A DNA stretch of 54,644 nucleotides, filler included, from Sphacelaria rigidula (taxonomy: Eukaryota), in assembly GCA_964200075.2 (NCBI GenBank). It is 2 parts of 2 records of this genome, joined end to end, with 100 filler letters (N's around TTAATTAATTAA, not from the genome) between each part and the next. Parts side by side here need not be neighbours in the genome. Positions count along the whole stretch, not along the records: positions 27,388 to 54,644 come from CAXNAA020000122.1; 1 more part is not named here. The stretch is one strand, 5' to 3'. A program made the position numbers and the translations under genes. Under the pieces are notes generated by a model. It had not been told where the DNA came from, made no database searches, and saw only the letters and a list, made by a program, of their open reading frames with translations. Below, in pieces: positions 51,081 to 54,644 of this stretch (position 1 is the stretch's first letter; the number at the start of each line of letters is the position of its first letter).

Positions 51081-53115
51081 TCACCGGCGTCTCGATCGCT
51101 TCCTTGCTCTTTTCGGCGGCTGTGGTCGCACTGCCTCCTCAGGAGGGTCAGCATATTCGATGGTCACCCCGGCGCCTACCGCGATGTGTGCACGCGCTAC
51201 GATAGAGCATACATACCACCATCCATACTCCACACCGCCCGCCCTCTCGTACCACCATGGCTTCATTCGTTCTCCGCCCCCTCCAATAACTAATTTAGTA
51301 TTCGGCGTGAACGAGTGGTTGAGTAGTCGCAGCAAGCCGATTTCCATGAACTCTCGACAAGCGGGGACCGTACCGCGCATGGTTTTGCTCGGGTCGATCA
51401 CGAGCGCTCCTAGACCATCCGTGTGCATGATGTGACCCACGCACGTATAGCCACCACCTTTCGTGGCATACCCCGCAGGTACGTCTACATCCGGGAGAAA
51501 TACCGTCAAGAGAGTATCGCCTTCGGCAAAAGCGACCTTGGTGCCGAGACCCTTGCCATGGATTAGGCTGTCGATGTCCTTGAGCGCGTCGTGCGAAAAG
51601 AGATCTTTTTCCATCACGTCGTGTACCTGATTGATTTGCGAGAGAAATCAGCGGCAATTGTTTGGATGACGCGCACGGTATGAGGCCACTACGTTTTTGT
51701 AACAACCTGTGAAGCACCGACTATATGCGCCGCTCACCGTTATAGCGGACCGCTGTTCCGGCTGCTGCTGTCGTGTGCTGCGCCGAAGATGGTCACGCGA
51801 GGGTGGGCTGGCCTTCTTCAGTTGGTCTCGTAGATCCTCTCTTTCTGCACGTACTCTCGCCAATCGCCGCTCTAACTTTTGTGTTGCTGCCTTGATTTCC
51901 GCCTGGTCCAGAAGGGTAGCCGCGGGAATTGGCAGAATTTCAAACAGAACGAAGATCCGTAGCAACAGCGCCCTACAATAACCACTGCTGTACATGCATA
52001 CGAAGCGGGAACATGAGGATTTTATCGTTTGTTGCGGTGCTCTGTTTACCACGTGTCCGTTTTGGCGACATCAACTTTTGTTGCGAGATTGTTGGTTTTC
52101 CAATCCTCCTACCTCGTGTCCATCGCGACACCCGTTCTCGCTCCCGCGCCCACCAACTGTCTTTCCGGGATTTGGCTCCGGAGATGTGTCAGCACCCTGT
52201 CTTGTCCCCAGCTCGCATCCCTGAACGCCTGCTGCTTCCGCTACAGATGCGAGAAGACCTATCCTTGTGACACCTTGCTCCGCTCCGATCGCTGGCTCAA
52301 CATCACTCGCCACCGCCGATCCTTCACCAGGCGATGTACTGGACTCCGTCGCGGTCACCCCCGCTGCAACGAATGCTGCTGCTGCGACGTCTACTGCTGT
52401 TGAGGTCCTCGTGGCTGAGGGACGACTGGTCGCTCTGCTGCACGTCTAGATGGACCAGTCATTCCGTTTTTTTTGTGCTGGCCACAGCGAGTCCGAGCGA
52501 GGCCAGGAAAGTCATAACTGGCTGTCTTACCACACCCTTCGCACTTTTTGAGCAAACTGGTCATCCCCTCTGCGGCGTGTGCAGCACAGCGCCTCTTGTT
52601 ACCATCCGCCTCGAAGCCATACGAAGGGTAATGGTTGCAACCCACGTGGCTACACTTTTGGGAATCTATGAGGTGAAACACCCCCTCCTTGGCCTCATTC
52701 TGACACTGCTTGCATTTTCCGTCGATTCTCTCGGGTGTGTCTACGATGAAAGCGCCAGTTTCATCTACAAGGGGACACATGAAAGGCGCAAAAGGGCAAG
52801 CAGCGAGGAGAAATTGAAGACTTTATATGTTTCGTGCTTCTGCTGCGTGGAAACAAAAATGCGAGACACGTACGCGTCGCCGTGTACAAATACCGCTGAC
52901 TTCCACCTAGAGTTCAAGAGCGTCAATAGCATAACGCCTTGGAGCTTGACGTTTCGAGGGCTCCATCTACAGGTTTGTCCCAGATGCGGCCCAACCGCCC
53001 AACAGCACACATAGCAGCAGCGTTCGCTCGGTCGGAGCTCGGCTGTAGGCAACCGTTTTTCACCTTGCCTTGCAAACACCCCTCTCCCGCGTCCGCAACT
53101 ACATCTTCGTGGCAT
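51081..53115 (-). pseudogene. 4-exon gene: EsV-1-7 Cys/His repeats, linker, coiled coil, SET domain, basic tail. Exons 53115-53064, 52764-52050, 51902-51738, 51626-51081
   Basis: CSHVGCNHYPSYG....RRCAAHAAEGM and CEGCGKTASY....TRCGQHKKNGM; SET motifs SLIHGKGL, LLNHSFTPN and IAVGAGVTIEY. Three phase-compatible GT-AG introns. Exon 2 has one frameshift and one TGA (52071-52073). Confidence 0.75.
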
Positions 53116-53182
53116 GTTGTGAGCTGACCTCGAGTCGGCTGTGCTCAAGTTCCTCTCTCTTTGCCGGTGCTGCTGCTGTCTA

Positions 53183-53277
53183 CTATTGGCCCGGGGGCAC
53201 ACTTTTTGTGCTATTGGCCCATGTGCGGGGGGTGTACTATTGGCCCTGGGGCACCGTGATAAGTGCACTATTGGCCC
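53183..53277 (-). promoter_or_regulatory. Four GGGCCAATAG (CCAAT-box-like) repeats upstream of the SET-gene ATG
   Basis: ctattggccc at 53183, 53211, 53237 and 53268, i.e. 68-162 nt upstream of ATG 53115. Confidence 0.4.
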
Positions 53278-53339
53278 GCGTTTTTTCGGACGGAAGATTG
53301 CGCACAAGAGCAGAGGAAACACACACAACGCCGCCGTGC

Positions 53340-53495
53340 CTCTGCTGCTGCTCTGCTGCTCTGCTGCTACTCTGCTGGTGTGCTGGTGTGCTGCTGCCGC
53401 TGCTGCTGCTGCTGCCGCCGCTGCCGCTGCTGCTGCTGCTGCTGCTGAGCGCTGCCGCGTTACAGGTGAGCTCAATGTTCCACGAGAGAGAGCTT
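53340..53495. repeat. (GCT)n microsatellite-associated repeat, related to 45640-45692
   Basis: (gct)n followed by caggt.agctc.at....cacgagagagag at both loci. Confidence 0.7.
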
Positions 53496-53920
53496 TGATG
53501 TGCGTGATGTTTGAACGCAAGGAGTAAAAAGGGTGTTGTCTACAGCGCCGTTTCGTCGCCGGGGAGGAAAGGAGAAGCTGAACCACAATACCGTTTGCTC
53601 TGCGGCGCAAGTGGCCAGGACCGGTAAGGCACGAGCCGAGCTTTCATCGCTGCTGCAGCCGTTGTGCTGTACGAGCGTCAAGGTTTTGAGTGTGCTTGAT
53701 TTTAAAAACTGCTACAAGCAACAAAAGACAGCCGGTACACACTGCTGCAACAAGCCGCTGCAACAAGCTGCTAGAGTTCAAACTCGGCATCAAGAATACC
53801 ATGGTCCACCAGCTGCGCACTTCTGCCACATTCCCCTCGGTAGAAACTCAATAGAAGACCTAATTTCTCCCCACAGAATGTACTCTGACCCGAAAGCAAT
53901 GGCAAACACTACTGATACTA

Positions 53921-54436
53921 TCAATTAACAGTAGCCGGCGATGAAAGTTGAGCGCGAATTGCCCTGCAACTGCATGTAGCCGGGGGGAGCGGCTCGATGT
54001 CTATGGTGTCCGCCTCGAGCGTGGCCCATGCCTCATCGACCCGCTCTTTGGTGTGCTTCCCCCACCCTGTATACTTGTGCTTGATGCCATTGCACGTGTA
54101 TTTTACATCCTTTACCGCCCGCTTGGCCTTGCCGTAGTCGACCCCGACCGGTAGTAGAAGCTGACATGCTCTGGGGTCGCATGAAGCTTCTTCATGGGCC
54201 TGCCGAATTTTGTACCCTGTCGTGATCAACCAAATGTGTTCCTTCGCCTGGAAGAAGGGCCTGAAATCCACCAGGTTCCTGTTCATGGAGGCAGCGGAGT
54301 CCGGCGCTTGGTAGTAGTCGTCGCCGACATGGCCGTCGGACGTGAGATCATTCAGCAGCGCCAGAGCATCTTTTGTCTTCGCCAGCATTTCCTTCGAAAC
54401 ACCGTGTGTGCTGCATCCGATAAGCCAGGCCAGCAT
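53921..54436 (-). CDS. Paralogue of hypothetical protein 35050-35589 (171 aa)
   Basis: MLAWLIGCSTHGVS.EMLAKTKDAL... The duplication 53952-54556 vs 35104-35708 also includes the 3' tip of the upstream Bro-like gene. Confidence 0.7.
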   Translation of the reverse strand: MLAWLIGCSTHGVSKEMLAKTKDALALLNDLTSDGHVGDDYYQAPDSAASMNRNLVDFRPFFQAKEHIWLITTGYKIRQAHEEASCDPRACQLLLPVGVDYGKAKRAVKDVKYTCNGIKHKYTGWGKHTKERVDEAWATLEADTIDIEPLPPATCSCRAIRAQLSSPATVN

Positions 54437-54644
54437 CTTCGTCGCAGTTTGTGGTTGGAGGGAGTGGTGTTTCAGCTCCGAAAGTTTGGTGCAAATATTA
54501 ATTTGGGTTCCACCACCTCGCTAATGTCTGGTTTAGTGATTTGGGCTATCGTGTCGAGTAATCCTACGATAGGGCGGGGGGTATTTGGTTGCACGAAAAA
54601 TAGGGCTCATAAGTGTGTCAGACATTCCTCCACACTTGCGTTGC

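Noticed and set aside
52765-53610. 281-aa poly-Ala ORF and overlapping poly-Leu/Cys ORFs
   Set aside because: Artefacts of the (GCT)n microsatellite. Only 53115-53064 is supported as an exon.

Overview
Eukaryotic genomic DNA, most likely from a brown alga (inferred from spliceosomal introns, an NB-ARC-TPR gene, EsV-1-7 repeats and a tRNA-derived SINE). An artificial 100-nt spacer (N44-TTAATTAATTAA-N44, 27288-27387) splits the window, so the two halves need not be contiguous. The left half is ordinary host chromosome: a 6-exon longin R-SNARE (VAMP7-like, with an 8.6 kb repeat-filled first intron), ISY1 (minus strand) head-to-head with the 5' exons of an LRRIQ3 orthologue, plus SINEs, MITEs and satellite-like arrays. 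The right half opens with a young non-autonomous LTR element. A ~24 kb decaying, internally duplicated island follows. It holds giant-virus-type accessory genes: at least 5 Bro-N/KilA-like paralogues, two of them fused to a PD-(D/E)XK nuclease, with no NCLDV core gene recognised. These are interleaved with spliced genes that the ORF track hides. Two stand out: an NLR-like pseudogene (MLKL-like 4-helix bundle, NB-ARC, TPR, then spliced onto a ZU5-like domain with an H-x-S autoproteolysis-type motif) and a 4-exon EsV-1-7 repeat / coiled-coil / SET-domain gene. All domain calls are by motif recognition and need HMM or structure confirmation.
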